Positions 44,517 through 45,207 of a stretch of 45,207 bases of DNA are shown here, one piece after another. The notes under the pieces are model-generated. The model made no database searches, was not told the origin of the DNA, and saw only the letters and a program-made list of their open reading frames with translations. Every line of letters starts with the position of its first letter. The stretch's first letter is position 1. Origin of the DNA: Escherichia phage welsh; sequence record NC_073078.1; one strand, written 5' to 3'. The position numbers were made by a program, and so were the translations under genes.

Positions 44517-45207
44517 TGGGTTATCAACTTCCCAACGGGTCCAGCGTCCAGATCGGGTCCGTATTAGGCAGCGGCATCGCGGTTACGGCAGCTACCAACG
44601 CCGCCGCGTCGATCTCCGACCTTACGCAAGGTTGCGTAATTACCTGCGCGGCTTCGCATGGTCTGGTTGTTGGCGACGTTGTTATGTTCACTAAAACCCC
44701 GTGGGTCCGAGCGCTTAACCGCGCATTCATCGTGGGTAAAGTGGACACCAACGACGTTACGCTGGCGCGCTTCGACACCGAAGACGTCACAAAATACCCG
44801 ACCGGCGCTTTCAGCGTAGGCACTCCGGGCGAAGTGGTTAAGGTGTCGGGCTTTATCGACTTCCCTTTCATTACTAACGTTGCCGTGTCTGGTGGCGACC
44901 AGCAGACGACTACCTTCCAGCCGTTGCAGGTGAACACCGCAATCAGTCTGAACACCACGAAAAACCCGTTGGTACAGACTTACACCTTCACCCACGACGA
45001 AGAAGACCCGATCCGCCCAATCCTGGAAGACCTGGACGACACACAGAAAACCACTGTGATTAAGTTCACTAACCCAGCGGCAGCAAGCGGCAAAGGTGAG
45101 ATTCGTATTTACCCAGCTAAGGTATCTTTCCAGAAGATTCCGTCCGCTGAAGTAAACAACGTGGAAACGGTACAATCCACTCTGACCATGCAGTCTGATA
45201 TGGTTAT
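44517..45207 (+). CDS. Major tail (tube) protein, 3' end outside the window
   Basis: Frame open from ATG 44517 to the window end (about 230 codons, translated by hand); AGGAG RBS; not in the ORF track because no stop lies in the window. Confidence 0.6.

Overview
The window is a nearly complete, wrapped genome segment of a tailed dsDNA phage with a lambda-like siphovirus tail module and roughly 50% GC. The major tail protein gene is cut at the window end, and its natural neighbour, the tail assembly chaperone, sits at the window start. Layout: (1) tail module on the + strand, 0.1-13.7 kb: chaperone with a -1 frameshift, a non-coding repeat array, tape measure, tail-tip proteins, a minus-strand lipoprotein and a tail fibre with a C-terminal chaperone domain. 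(2) A leftward early operon, 26.1 to 13.8 kb: acidic repeat protein, DUF2800-like nuclease, SSB-like protein, family A DNA polymerase, VRR-NUC, SNF2-type helicase, C5-cytosine and N6-adenine methyltransferases, HNH-like protein, HAD phosphatase and a possible nuclease. (3) A divergent control region near 26.15-26.55 kb. (4) Rightward genes: HTH protein, primase/helicase, a second repeat region, unknown small genes, a lysis cassette, an HTH-metallophosphoesterase, terminase, portal, head morphogenesis protein and overlapped spanins. (5) A two-gene minus-strand island, then scaffold, major capsid, connector proteins and the partial major tail gene. No integrase, tRNA, rRNA or CRISPR array was seen. 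The most unusual content is non-coding: two related GCGGGACA-box repeat modules 28 kb apart, a direct-repeat/palindrome/direct-repeat structure at the primase 3' end, and a recurring TGCAACCAAT motif in many intergenic regions. CDS coordinates follow the supplied ORF track, with starts moved in frame where an RBS supports it. Motifs, hairpins and promoters were read by eye, so their positions may be off by 1-2 nt, and all product calls rest on motif recognition rather than database searches.
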